A stretch of 64,000 nt of DNA from NCBI GenBank assembly GCA_900088475.1, contig FLMG01000540.1, positions 124,001-188,000 on the forward strand, read 5' to 3'. Shown here in pieces: positions 13,810 to 25,887 of this stretch (position 1 is the stretch's first letter; every line of letters starts with the position of its first letter). Under the pieces are notes generated by a model, which was given only the letters and a program-made list of their open reading frames with translations, had not been told where the DNA came from and made no database searches. Made by a program: the position numbers and the translations under genes. This DNA comes from Hyphochytrium catenoides (taxonomy: Eukaryota; Protista; Hyphochytriomycota).

Positions 13810-14572
13810 TTGTCCTGCGGCCTTGACCCTCCTTTCTTCTTGGCTTCTGATATCTCTTACGTAGATGGCGGGCAGCCCCGGAGCCCATAGGCTAATCCTG
13901 CAGACAGCATGGCTTTGGTATGCCTCTGTCTCCAGGTGGCTAATAGGTATTGAAAGTGCAAGTCTCGACAGCTGATCACTTGCTGCCTCTAAACCCTTCG
14001 CTAATTAGTGCACATGAATGGGTAGAACGATGGCGGTCAGTCATGGGGCAGACAATCTCAGATAATAGCCATCAGAAGATGGAGGCAGACAGAGCTTCCG
14101 CACCATCTAATGCCAGACAAGAACGAAGCTCTCTTTGGAATAACAGAGCTTTTTGTCTGTAACGCCAATAGATTTCATGCAAAATAAGCTGAAAACATGG
14201 CAAAGTATTCTTCGCGCCAAAGAGCTCATGTTTGGCGCCACTTGGTTGCTACAGTACAAGGCGAAGGTAGAACTGTGTAAGGGCAAGTTGGTCATGTTGC
14301 TTGAGACGAAAGTGTATGCAGCTTCAGATGCATCGCACGTCTTCCATGAGAGCAAGCACTTCCTCAGGTCCATCCTTTAGTCAATGAAGCTCTCGGCGGT
14401 TGATAAGTGCACTCACCTTTTGAAGTAAAAGTTTCCGGTTTCAAAGTTGGTCATGCTAGACTGACTGTGGATGGGCTTATCTCAGGCACGTGAAAAGCCT
14501 TGGGCTAGCTAGTCCTTGTTCAGAGTGAGGATTGACTCTTGGGAAGATCATCAACTGTTCGAGCGCAAAAGA

Positions 14573-15817
14573 ATGGAGGGTTCAAGCGCCCAACCGTTAG
14601 AGCATGGAGGCTCAGCAAAGGTGCCCTCCTTGATGTAGTCAAAAACCACATCAACACCAGTGGGAAAGTGTCTAACTCTGTCATGGTGCCAGATCAAAAA
14701 GGGCAAGTCTGCTTACTTTTTCTTTATGGATGACTACCGCAACAGACTGAAGGAGGAAAATCCAGGTGGGTCTACACGCAGTAGAAGATGTTCTGGGATG
14801 AAGGGCTCACTCTCAGAGCTTCAGGTTTGTCTATCGGCCAACTGGGGAAGCTTATGGGGGAGAAGTGGAAAACTCTGCCTACTTCGGAGAAGGAGGTGGG
14901 TTGTCCTCCTTGCTCCCTTATCAACAAACTTACTTGGCATGAAAGCTAAAATCTTCCCCCTAAGCTCTACGAAGAGAGAGCAGCAGCAGACAAGCTCCGT
15001 TATGAGAAGGAGAAGGGTGAGCAGGTATTGATATACCACGACTGACTTCAGTCAACCATTGGCCTTCAAATAACATTGGTAATAACCGCAGGGGCAGCTC
15101 GCCAGCGATAAGGAACGGAATCTTGCAGACGGGTCAAAGGAGGTCGATGAATTGTCCTCCATCTTTCCTTTAGGTAGCCCAATACCTTTATTTGCTGTCT
15201 GCACTATTAGTCTCATGGCTGTAACACCGACCTACTTAGCACGTATCAAGAAAATAGTCCGCAGCGATGAGGACATCAAGACTATGTCAAAAGAAGGGAC
15301 GCTGCTAGTGGCTAAAGCAACGGTATCCATAAGGCATGGCCCTGACGAGGGACCGAAAGTGTGCTAACATTAGCGTTCAGGAACTCTTTATTCATAGGCT
15401 AACTAGTGCTGCGGGGAGGGTATCTTCCAGCCAAAAACGGAAGACGGTGAAGACAACCGATGTAGCTTTAGCGATCCAGAAAGATCGACTTCTCGACTGG
15501 CTAAGAGACGATTTCCCAGTGGGAAGGTAAGGCGCATTTGTTTGTCGTCAAGACAATGTTTAGACTTACTCCTCCCCACATCGCTGCCTAGTGAAAATCA
15601 ATCCAAGAGCAATACAGCAAAGGTGGTTAAGACTGCTACGGTCACGTTGCAAGGCACTGGAAAAATATCCTCATACTTCACAAGCACCGGTGGCAATAAT
15701 AGCAGTTCAACGGAGGTCATGCGAAAAGAAGTTTCCACCATTGGCTCCAAGGAGATCGCAGCTGCTGGTCTTGCTGGGTCCACGGCCCAGGGTTCAGATC
15801 GCATGCATGAAGACTAG
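14573..15817 (+). CDS. HMG-box protein fused to an H2A-like histone fold (NF-YC/DPB3/CHRAC class), spliced
   Basis: HMG box: IKKGKSAYFFFMDDYRNRLKEENP|...LSIGQLGKLMGEKWKTLPTSEKE|LYEERAAADKLRYEKEK. Histone fold: IFPL|ARIKKIVRSDEDIKTMSKEGTLLVAKAT|ELFIHRL...KRKTVKTTDVALAI...LDWLRD. Confidence 0.8.
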
Positions 15818-17998
15818 CTTACAAGGCTCTTTGAGGGGGAAGACCAAGCGCGAGCTGATGTCCACACAAGAGCAAAGTAGCTCTGGCCGCGAGTAGGCAA
15901 ACCTTCGTGAATGCATTGACACCAACGAACATACTTGCTATGAGCATCGGGATGCTACTCGAAGTCCTTGAATGCCTCCAACAACCTAGGGACGATTAAA
16001 TCAGGCCCATAGTTTGGACTGGACAGCAACTGACTGTTTCAGCCAGCCAAAGACACAATGCCACCACCAGGGTCTATGAACTGCCAGCAATCAGGCGTTT
16101 GTGCAGGATGGCATAATGCGAACTGGGTGATTGATGGTACTTCTCTTAGAACTGTACAGCTCTGATACGACCCTGCCAAGAATGTTTCAAGTTGGATTCA
16201 ATCTAGACAACCCTAAAAAATCACTCGGAACTTGTATACAGCCTTGTTCTTCCTCAATGTCATGCCCCTCTGAGCTGCTAATGGCGCCGGCTCTAAGAAA
16301 GCTCATCAACGCTGGTTACATGGAGGGCTGCTATGCTTGTGGATTGGTCATCATGATAGGGAAATAGCAAGGTTCTTGATCTTACTAAAAGGATCCACCC
16401 TATCGAAGATGGAAGCAGAGCAGAATGTTGGTTCGCCATTCGCCCATCGTACGCCCATCAATCAGTAGAGATGGCAGCGAGAGGGATTAGGCTATGAACA
16501 AAAGAAAGCAATTAGAACTACATGTGGAAGCTGATGACTCTTGAGGTCCGGAAATTTCCTACAGTACCGTAAAGAGCCAGCACAGTGTTCAGAGGGTTAT
16601 TAGTCTCAGACAGAAACTGCAACCTGCTTTCCCTCATCACTTTCCAGAGCCCGCAAGGTTGTACAAGTGGGTTGTAGAGACGAAGTTCAAATACAAATCA
16701 GTGTTGTACACCGTAGTTTCCACCTGCCTTTAACTCTTCCTACTGCACAAACTGAATACGAATAACTTTGTACGTGTCATACAGGTCTGTTCGTCTGGTG
16801 CGTCGTAGCTGTTACCACGACCCCCCACATATTTGAGGGAAGGGAGGCCCCATCCCGTCCTCCCTTCCTAAATCGAAAGGAGAATAGGCCTCTACAAAAT
16901 TTCGTGACAGCTTGATGAGTATTACCACGCCTGTAACCATTTCCTTGTCATACATAAAGCCGCTTGTATGGGCGTATTACTATTGATCCGCATCAAGGAC
17001 AAGAATTTTTTACTGCCCTGTAAATGCCATTTATACTGGATAACGCCCTAAACTGGCTTCTTATCAATGACAATACTTTTCAATATTGGGAATCTTAGCT
17101 TTGGGTCATGTTGATTTGGGCCACAATCTTGCCAGGTCATGTTCTAGGTAATTCGAGGAATCTCCCCTGTTTTCCCGTATGTCCTCCGTCCTCCGACTTC
17201 CGTTCTTACTCCTTGTCCCGCTCTGTCACCTTCAGGAATTTGGACGGTGCTCTTAGGCCCTAGAAAGCTTTTCCTCATGTCAAATGACTACGAGACAGGG
17301 TGCAGAGACAGACAGATAGATAAAAGAGGCAGTAGTTCTATTGGGGGTTCTGGTCAAAACTACAAGACAGAATCCTTGATGGAGATGCCGTTGGCGTCAT
17401 AGGTTCCTCTCCAGGTCTCGCTGTTTATCCATTTGTAGTACGGTGGGCATCATGAGGGAACTCCTCTAAACAGCAAAACGTGGGGCTATGTGATGAGAGA
17501 TGTGAGGAGGTTAGGAGAAAGCTGAGAGAGCGAGAAAGACTCAAGGCTGTGTGAGGAAAGACAAGAGACGATGTTGGGCCAAAGAGACGGGGTGGAGCAT
17601 GTTTGAGACAGAAGATCGTGGATAGAAGAGCGTGAGGTCAAGAGATGAAGTGGACGGCCTCGTCAGGACAAGTCAGGACAAGTCATGATGAAAATGCCGC
17701 CGTCAGCAGGCAAACCAAAGACAAAGGCATTTCAACTTTCCTAGCGCTTCCTACTAGGTCTCATGCAGTGAGTAGAACGCAACGGAAAACAGAGAAAGAG
17801 ACCGCATCTCTGTGCTGTATTCTGTACAGTACCACTCATCTCGTCATCAAGTCATGAAGAACGAAGAACTCCAAAACATCGGCTGCCTCTGATAGACCAG
17901 CCATCTTCCAAAGCTCCTTCGATATCCTCCTTTGTGACAGAGCTTTACGGCATCTTTTCCTTTCGGATTCCTTAAGAGCCATTCAGGGGACAACTATT

Positions 17999-19033
17999 AT
18001 GGGGAGCTTCAGGAGAAGGTTACGCCTGCTCTTGAAACGCAAGCCGGAAGCCAGGGAAAAGACAAGAGCGGCATTGCGTAGTAGGGAAAAGGAGATTGAT
18101 ACACGCCAATCTCGGAAGCGTAGCGGACTGCTTTATGCCAAGACAGAGCGGGCACTTCATGGAGATGATGCTTCTGCAGTGAGTGCCAATTTTGCGATCG
18201 TCTGCGATGGAGTTGGAGGCAGTCAGGCAGCGTCGGGACCCCTAGCACAAGCGCTGGTTGAACAATTGGTGGAAGAACTAATCATGATTGACAACGTGAA
18301 ACAGTACAAGCCCCTTACGAAGCAGATGCTGTTGCGGGCTGTCAATGCAGCCGTGGACAGGGCGATCGGCTCCTTCCCTCCATACCCATCGCGCTCGTCT
18401 ACACTTAGTGTGATGTACTTAGACCGAAAGGCGATGAAGGTGTATTGTATAACCGTTGGCGATAGCAAGACCGTAATCCTGAGGGACAATGGATCAATGG
18501 TCTTTGAAAGCACCTCCTCTGTCTTCGGGTTCAACGTTCCTGTGATCATCAGCACGGCCCCTACGAAGCACATCGGCCCTGTGGACTTCTGCGAGGAGGC
18601 GGAGGTACACCCTGACGACAAGATCATCACCTTCAGTGACGGAGTCTCCGATAACTTGTGGCTTGAGGATTTGCAGGCATTGGTGAAGAGGTGTTCTCGA
18701 AAAGGTGTGGCCCAGCTGGCCTACAAAATTGCTGAGTCCGCCCAAAAGAAGGCAACGAAGAACGGCGTACACCCGTTTGCGGCCTCTGCCGCTCGCAGCT
18801 ACCAGGAGGTATCTTCATTGATGGATCAACAATATCAGACTGAGGAAAGTCAGCTGCACAAGAGAATGTCTGAGTACTTGATGAGTCAAATTTCCAAGAA
18901 AACTCCATTGGATAAGGAGATGAAGCTTGCCGAGTACTCTCTGGAGCACTACACACAGGATGAACTTCAGTGTTTTGCTAAAAGGAAAATTGGCAAGAGC
19001 GATGATATATCAGTCTGTGTGGTCGTGGTATGA
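17999..19033 (+). CDS. PP2C/PPM-family phosphatase, PTC7-like, intronless
   Basis: 344-aa ORF with the motifs GDDA, CDGVGGS, SSTL, VGDS, FNVP, FSDGVSDNL, HPFA and GKSDDISVCV. Confidence 0.85.
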   Translation: MGSFRRRLRLLLKRKPEAREKTRAALRSREKEIDTRQSRKRSGLLYAKTERALHGDDASAVSANFAIVCDGVGGSQAASGPLAQALVEQLVEELIMIDNVKQYKPLTKQMLLRAVNAAVDRAIGSFPPYPSRSSTLSVMYLDRKAMKVYCITVGDSKTVILRDNGSMVFESTSSVFGFNVPVIISTAPTKHIGPVDFCEEAEVHPDDKIITFSDGVSDNLWLEDLQALVKRCSRKGVAQLAYKIAESAQKKATKNGVHPFAASAARSYQEVSSLMDQQYQTEESQLHKRMSEYLMSQISKKTPLDKEMKLAEYSLEHYTQDELQCFAKRKIGKSDDISVCVVVV

Positions 19034-19264
19034 CAATGGTGGAGAGGGTTACGCGGACTGTGCTGGGTAGATCGGGTCTGGGTAAATGTGCCCCAGCAAA
19101 TATTTATTACTGTTTGGCCTGACAGCTGGACAGAGGAATGAGCAAGCTCCTAGGCGTTACAAATAATTTTTATAAAATCGAGTAAGGTGGTGTCATAATG
19201 CCTTTTTTGCTAATATGTAAGGTTCTTCCAGCGGTCGAGAGGGCGATGGGATGGAAAAACCAGA

Positions 19265-20750
19265 CTACTGTTTATTGACTTCCCGAGCGCGCTCTAGCGC
19301 TTCCTCCTGCTCAAGCTCTTGGGGCATCGGCTTTATCTTTGTTATTGTACGCGTATAGATTTTGGGTGCCGGCTTGGTGGTGATTGCCCTTCTCTTTGAG
19401 CTTTTGTTAACTGTTGCCTCTTCTTTGAAGTCAGCTTTCAACCTTAGTGGAGCTTTCCCATCACTCACACTTTGGTTGACCCCTTCGTGATGTGTAATCA
19501 ACGAGCTAGAGGAGAGAATGATTGTTCTCCATCTCTTTTTGTTTGTGGCAGCATAATGAGGGTAGCAATTGTCTCCCGTTCGTTTGGTTTTGGGCCATTT
19601 GGTTTAGCGACCAAGGGAGAAGTAGGGTCAAGTTTATACTTGGAACTTGTGCCTTTATTTACTAGCTTATGATCTGCTTCGTTCTTTTTGTTCTCTCTTA
19701 TTCTTATTAACAGGGCTTTGATTTGCTCTATGTCGTACGTGAACCTAATTAATGCAGAGCGGGTTCTATCTGCACACTTCGTAGGCGTGAGATATTTTGC
19801 ATGCCTGGTGTGGGCAGCGAAGGTTATTTCTTTGTTGGCTGTGCCAAAAGTTTTCTCTTTGTTCTGCCGTTGCCTCTGCGTATGTCAGCATTGCACAGTT
19901 GCCTTTCGTTGGGCCTGGCAGGAGGGGGATTCCCTCTCTGCTTTTTGGGCTCTGCCACCGTTGCAGCCTTTGTTAACACTATTTGTGCGGCTCAGGCTGA
20001 TCGAACTGTTGCTCTTGACGCGATGTACACTTCTTTCGCCATCAGTTACTGAGATAGTGATTGCCACCTTCAGCGCCCTTCCCTGCCCCCTTCACGCTTC
20101 TACTTCCCTCTTTTCTTCTGCACTTTTTTCTGCTTCTTCCAGAAGTGATTGTCAACGAAGCTGTATTGGACATGGGAGGGGCCAGAAATTTCGACAGTGG
20201 TGAGAAGAGGATATCTTGTTAGGCTTCTTTGCATTCCTTTCATCAAATCCCCCATCAAAAGTGAAGGAGGGACGACGTCGTTGCTTACATAGGGAGACCT
20301 AGGGAACACTACCTACTACCTACTACTATAATAGAGGATATCTTTTCTTTAAAAAAGCGAGAGGCGAGCGCTCAGATTATCCTACTGCTTCTTCATACGG
20401 GAGTGACCTCAAGGCTGTATCGTTATGGTAGGTAAGGGGGACTCACACAGGCCTGTCTGCTATTAGATCATTCAACACTTCGCAGCCGCTGTTGGGTGAC
20501 TTCATGGATGTTGGGCACGGCAGTGCCTGTCTTAAGAGCGTCGGCGCTATTGCCGCTGGACTGGTATGCCGTCCGAAGCTGTGCTGGCCCGAGCTCCTTG
20601 AGAAGTGATCGGATCAGCTCCATCCTCGTCCATCCCAGGAAAGTCTAATTTCCTGCGGATATTCTCCCTACCGTACGAAGCTGTGGGTCTACATCCCTCA
20701 TGCTCTCAGGCGCCGCTTCGCTACTCTCCTTGATCTCCAACGTGGTCTCT
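19265..20750 (-). pseudogene. Decayed coding-like sequence of unknown origin
   Basis: Long minus-strand K/R/T-rich frames are broken by isolated stops, e.g. ...KATVQC*HTQRQRQNKEKTF...FSPLAR* and ...RISAGN*TFLGWTRMELIRSLLKELG... No recognisable domain. Confidence 0.3.
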
Positions 20751-20878
20751 CAGCTTTCTGCAATCCAATGCTTCTCTCCCTCTTTCTTTCTCTTCTCTCT
20801 CTTTCTCCGCTAGTTTTTTGTCTGCGTTCTCTTTCGCTACCTCCAACTCATCCGTCTACTGTAGGAGAACATCCATGT

Positions 20879-20977
20879 GATGGATACCTTTCGTCAGGAA
20901 TCTATTAGTTGAAAACAACCTTTCACTAATGTTTAAGGCTTAAGAGCGGATGGATACCTTTCGTCAGGAATCTATTA
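20879..20977. repeat. Two perfect 29-bp direct repeats separated by 41 bp
   Basis: GATGGATACCTTTCGTCAGGAATCTATTA at 20879-20907 and 20949-20977. Confidence 0.95.
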
Positions 20978-21308
20978 TGAAAGAAAAGAAACAGTACTTT
21001 CCTAGACCTTCGAATAAGGGTCAGAACAACAGTGTCTAAGTGTTATATATGTTATGATTTGTCCCCAGGGGACATATCAAGAGTGCCTGTGTCTTTGGTC
21101 AATCTCTCCTCTCATTCTTATCCTTCGCCAGACCTTCGGTTTCCTCGCTCCACTATTGAGATCAGTGTTTTGATCCTTAACCGCCTTGTGCTTCCCCTGC
21201 AACCCGATCTTGTGACCTTCTTTCCTCCTGCCTTTATGTCTCTCTTCTCTCTGTTTGCCTCTTCTCTCTCTTCTTACATCTGTTTAGGTAGGTCTATCCC
21301 TTTTCTGT

Positions 21309-21313
<5 letters not shown>

Positions 21314-21360
<47 letters not shown>
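21314..21360. repeat. (CT)n microsatellite
   Basis: Perfect CT dinucleotide run. CT-rich sequence continues patchily to the gap at 21853. Confidence 0.95.
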
Positions 21361-21362
<2 letters not shown>

Positions 21363-21852
21363 CCACGCTCTACGTGCAGTGTCCATCTTTTTCTCTGTCT
21401 CGTTCTCTCTCTCTCTCCCGCTTCAGTTCGCTTCTCTTCCTGAGATAAAGGGTCAGGAGTCAGGAGCAGTGAAGCCACCCGAAGTGGAGTTCGCAGGCTG
21501 TCATCCTCCTTTCTTCTCATTGCGTGTCTCCTCCACTTCCAGAGATTGGTCGCCCCAGACTTGTAGCTTCTCTTCTTCTTCTGTCTCTATAACCTGACTC
21601 TGTCTTTAGGATAATCTGATGCGTCCATTGCCCTTTCCGTTCTCTCTCTCTCTCCCCTCCTTCGTTTATCAGCAGGAAGCTCAGTCAGTTCTTTCGCTGC
21701 CAAATCTAGCGCAGGCACACAAAAGGAGCAGTATGGTCCACTTTTAGCAGCTGTTACACTGACTCTTTGGACGCGTGCTAGCCACCGTTTATACTTCTCG
21801 ACTCGTCCCACTTTCTCTCGGCTCTCTCTCACCCTTTCTCTCTCTCTCTCTC

Positions 21853-21933
21853 NNNNNNNNNNNNNNNNNNNNNNNNNNNNNNNNNNNNNNNNNNNNNNNN
21901 NNNNNNNNNNNNNNNNNNNNNNNNNNNNNNNNN
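21853..21933. other. Assembly gap (N run) adjoining a CT microsatellite
   Basis: N run. Confidence 1.
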
Positions 21934-23284
21934 TGTTCTCGTTCTCCCCTTTTGTTGTTCACGTTGTTGCTCTCTCTTCTCTCCAAGAACACGGATCATT
22001 TTTTATGTTAATATGGACCTCTTCTCCCCTTTCTTCCCCTTCCATGTCCCTCTTCCTTCCTCCCTCAGCACTCTCTGCCGCGCCTGAATAGTCAACACCC
22101 TTGCCTCTAACTAGCCCGTCCCTCCAACACTGCTACTGAGTTGCCAATGACTAGCTATTGCGAAGAAGTCCCTCGATGAGCTGCTCTTTTCCGTCGCTGC
22201 TCCTCCCATTCATCCTCCTCCTCCTCCCATCCCCAACGTTAGGGGGCATCGTCCCCAGACTGGACATTAAGGAATTGAATGACAGAGTCCTTAGCCAACG
22301 AAAACAAGGCCATCTGCATTGCCCTTCTGTCATCCCCACCCACTTGCATCCCTGACATTATAACGAAGATAGACATTCTACTACCTACTTTGCTGCCAAA
22401 GCTATGAGAGTAGCAGTAGCAAGCCAGGCTACGCATTTGCTGTTGCTGGGGTCGTTAAGAGAAAGAGTAGTCGTGTGCTAGTCCGGAGCATGTCTGTCGA
22501 TCTGGTGGCTCTGTCCATGAGGGTTGAATGATTAGTAAGCTATCTTTCGCGATCAAGAGGTATACAGCAGCGCCGACATTCAAGTTAATCTTCTAATAGA
22601 TACCCCTTCATAGTCCTCCATGGAGCAGTCAGGTTCATTGATGTCTCTAGGCCAGGCGCCCTTTTGGTCGGAGCGGGCGGCACATACGGTGGGGGCAGTG
22701 CTGCATCAGAGTCGCGGCTGGTATCAAGTTGTCCCCCGATAGGTGATGATACTTCTTGAGATTAGGCCGCGGCAGTCAGATGAGAAGGAATAACATAGTA
22801 ACAACAAACACGGAGAGTACTACTAGAGAGACATGATATTACGGTAAGGGACGGCGAAGAGATGAAAAAACGAGAGCCTTATTGCTTCATGATGATTGAG
22901 CTGAGAAAGCCTACCACCGTGAAGCAAGTGTTAGACAACCGACAAGGAATCCTCATCGACGACGTGAGGATGGTAGTAGACAAACAACTTGCTTGTACCT
23001 GCTGAATCGGAAGTAGCTGACATAGACAGACCTGTCGCGACTTCAAGGCACCCTGCTCAGACTCCTACTCGCTTAGCACCGTGGCGGCGATATGGGGTAA
23101 CGGGTCGGTCGTCCCGCCCCTTTCGCTGATGAAGGGAATCACCAGGTAACAAGCGACGATACCAGCGAAAGAGTACCATCAAGAACACAGTGGCGGCACG
23201 CTGCCATCTTTCTTGTTTGTTGGATGCGAATGTCATATTGTTCGTTATTATCTGTTCTCTTTCTGAGAACATCATGCTAGGCTA

Positions 23285-25887
23285 TCACTTCTTTCCTGAG
23301 TCGCTGTCTCTTCTTCTTCTTCCTGAAAGCTCTCGTTCCAACGTCTGGAGAAGACGGTCGGCAATCTCAACGCCTCGAGAGGTCGCTTTTCTCTTCTTGC
23401 GACTGAGACCTTCCTGGCTCCTTATAAGCAATGCCTTCAGGCCTGTTACCCGTTCCCGCACGTTGAGCTCCACCGACACTTCTCTATTCATGCTGGCCGC
23501 CGCCGTTGGATTTGTTGAGACGCGATTAAGCATCTTCAGAAGCCACTCCAGCGCCATGACCTTATGGGAAAGTGACGTAGTGTCTGAATCCTCGGCGAAC
23601 TCTAGAACTATCGAGACGCCAGCGCTCCATCGAGCTGCTTCGGTGACAATTTCAGCTATGCCGCCGACTTTGAAGAGCAAGAATACCAAGTTCAGATAGG
23701 TAAAGAACTTTCGCTTCCACTCATTGTCCAGCAGCTCGCGGTACTTTGCCCGCTCCTCCTCCCAGTATACCTTATATTGAGGACATTCGGGACATGGTCC
23801 ACAGCCGCGATCGAGCTCGGCCACAAAGATTCTCTTCCGTTCCTCTTTCTTAAGCGAAGGATTGCTCCATAATCGACCCAAATGGCCCTGATGCCTGACA
23901 CAATCTATAATATACGCAACTTCTGATTGAGTTTCAACCAACACCACGTGCTCGAATCGTTCTTCATCTAACCATCCCTCCCGCCTAGCGTCCTTCAGCC
24001 TGTCTGACGAAGGCGGAACCTGACTCAGCTCTTTCGCAACCAGCATGGTCATTATCGTTATGGCCACGCCGTCCAAGTTTTCAAAGGCGTGGCGACACAC
24101 TTCGGAAAGGAGAGGCGTGCGAGATATCAGCTGCGGAGGCAGCATGCCGGTGAAAAGACAATTATCTGCAAGAAATGTCAATCCGTTCTCCGTAAAGAAC
24201 TCTTCAGTGGAGGCCCTGGAGATTGGAACGTAAGGACCCTGCAGGCTCCTGTGGATCGCGGCGAGGACTTGAGAGCTTTCCCAGATTTCCTCCCACACGC
24301 TAGCGCCGCTGACCCGTAGCTCGGTCCTCACTAGAGTTTCCAGGATGCCTACTACTTGCTCATGCTTCATGTGGCAGATAAGCTCTTCAATCACGGTACG
24401 TTCCTCTTCGCTCGTGGTGGACGATCCTTCTGATGATGTCGCAGGTGAACGCAAGAGTACGTTTAGCACGTCTTCTTGTTCCGCCAGTACTTTGAGAAAA
24501 CTTATGGCGTGGTTTGCACCGTGTCCAAAGCCTAACAATAGGCACCTCCTCAGTAGCCGTTCGACGCCAAGCTCACAATATTTGGTGCGGCGTCCTTCAG
24601 TATCCTGTATAATACCGAAGCTAATCATACAGCTGAGGATGTGAAGAGCATGGTTTGCGAGAGCGCTGTCGTGGCCGTCAGTGGCCAGCTTGGTCAGGGT
24701 ACCGTCCATACCGTAGCTAAGCCCCGCCCGTGAAGAATTCCCAGTATGATCCAAGGGATACGCACGGAGAACAAACTCCTGCAGCTCATGAAGCAGTTGG
24801 CAGTGATCGTTAGGGTGAATTTTTGTCCTGAGGATGTCATCGCCATTGCATCGCGGTGCAGGTCTTCCTAATTCCTTCCTCAGCCAACGTGCACAGACAG
24901 GAACCTGAGCTACACTAAACTGATGCATTGCACTATCCATCAGCTTAAGGCCACAGAGCACCACAGCAGCAATGTTAATCTGAGACTGTTCGATCTCATC
25001 GCTTGAGAAGAGACGATCAACAGCTAGAACTATTTGTTCTCCCATCTCCCCAACAGAAGCACAAGCTCTCTTCCAGTGTAACAGCGCAGGCAGGAGGACT
25101 AGGTTGTTTTGCAACGCGACATCTTTGCACACATCGTCCATGGTGCTAGTGGTCAGTCCCATGATCTTACGATAGACCGTGTCCCTAATCACACTTAGAA
25201 TGCGGTCGTTCTCAAGCCTAAGGAAGTCATAAATTCCCAAGCATGTTAGTGTACGAGGCATGGGAGAACCAAGCAGAGTTCCCTCCTGGACGTAGTCAAC
25301 AACAACTGCTCTTGCCACAATGCTGACTAGCACCTGCAAATCCTTTGACAGTACGTCCTTATCGTCGTGAAGCAGGGTGAATATGACTTTGAGGAGGAAA
25401 GAGTCTTCTGCATATACGCTTGCTCCGCGGTGGAAGAGATGGCACCAACGAAGTTGATTTCAAAAGGCTGTTGATGGCTGGTGTGAGAGTGCGCTTCCTT
25501 CTGCTCGTTATAGTTTTGTCGGAACGCGTCCAGAAAGGATGTGGGAGGGAGTGCATTCTGGCGGTCTAAGAAATCCACTCCCTCAAGGCCCCGGCGGCGA
25601 TAGAGAGGCAGTCTCCGTAGAGCTAGAACCCGAGACTCTACTTTAAAGTCCGGTATAGTACACTCGAGCTCGCAGCCGATTTTGCCAAATAAGCTCCAAG
25701 AGTAGAGATCTTCTAGAGACCACTCCGTAAAGATAACACGCCAGTAGTCTAGATTGGCAAAGAGCTGCTCAGAGATGATCCTTCGATGATCATCATCCCC
25801 ACCAGTGGACTTTACCAGATCCCGATACTGTTCGTCAATCTCATGCGCCACATGTAGCAGAGAAGCCCTTTGTATCTGATTTGCCAT
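23285..25887 (-). CDS. Large orphan alpha-helical (possibly ARM/HEAT-like) protein of ~855-867 aa, encoded in two overlapping frames (frameshift or one short intron)
   Basis: A 186-aa ORF (25327-25887) overlaps a 684-aa ORF (23285-25339). The second frame is open back to ~25460 (NQLRWCHLFHRGASVYAEDSFLLKVIFTLLHDDKDVLSKDLQVLV). Leu-rich helical composition, no family recognised. Confidence 0.6.

Noticed and set aside
13900-14460. Small spliced gene or extra CCDC146 5' exons
   Set aside because: An intron-like GTGAGT...TTGACTAAAG is present, but I could not assemble a coherent open frame or recognise a domain.
19265-20750. Stop-codon reassignment or selenocysteine readthrough
   Set aside because: Conserved genes in the window end at TAA, TAG and TGA, and show no in-frame stops in the exons I checked. 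No selenoprotein motif is present.
20879-20977. CRISPR array
   Set aside because: Only two repeats, no cas genes or leader, and a spliceosomal-intron eukaryotic context.
21032-22011. ORFs rich in SL/RE (also 3504-3778, 44501-44761 and 63434-63787)
   Set aside because: These are translations of CT/GA microsatellites, not proteins.
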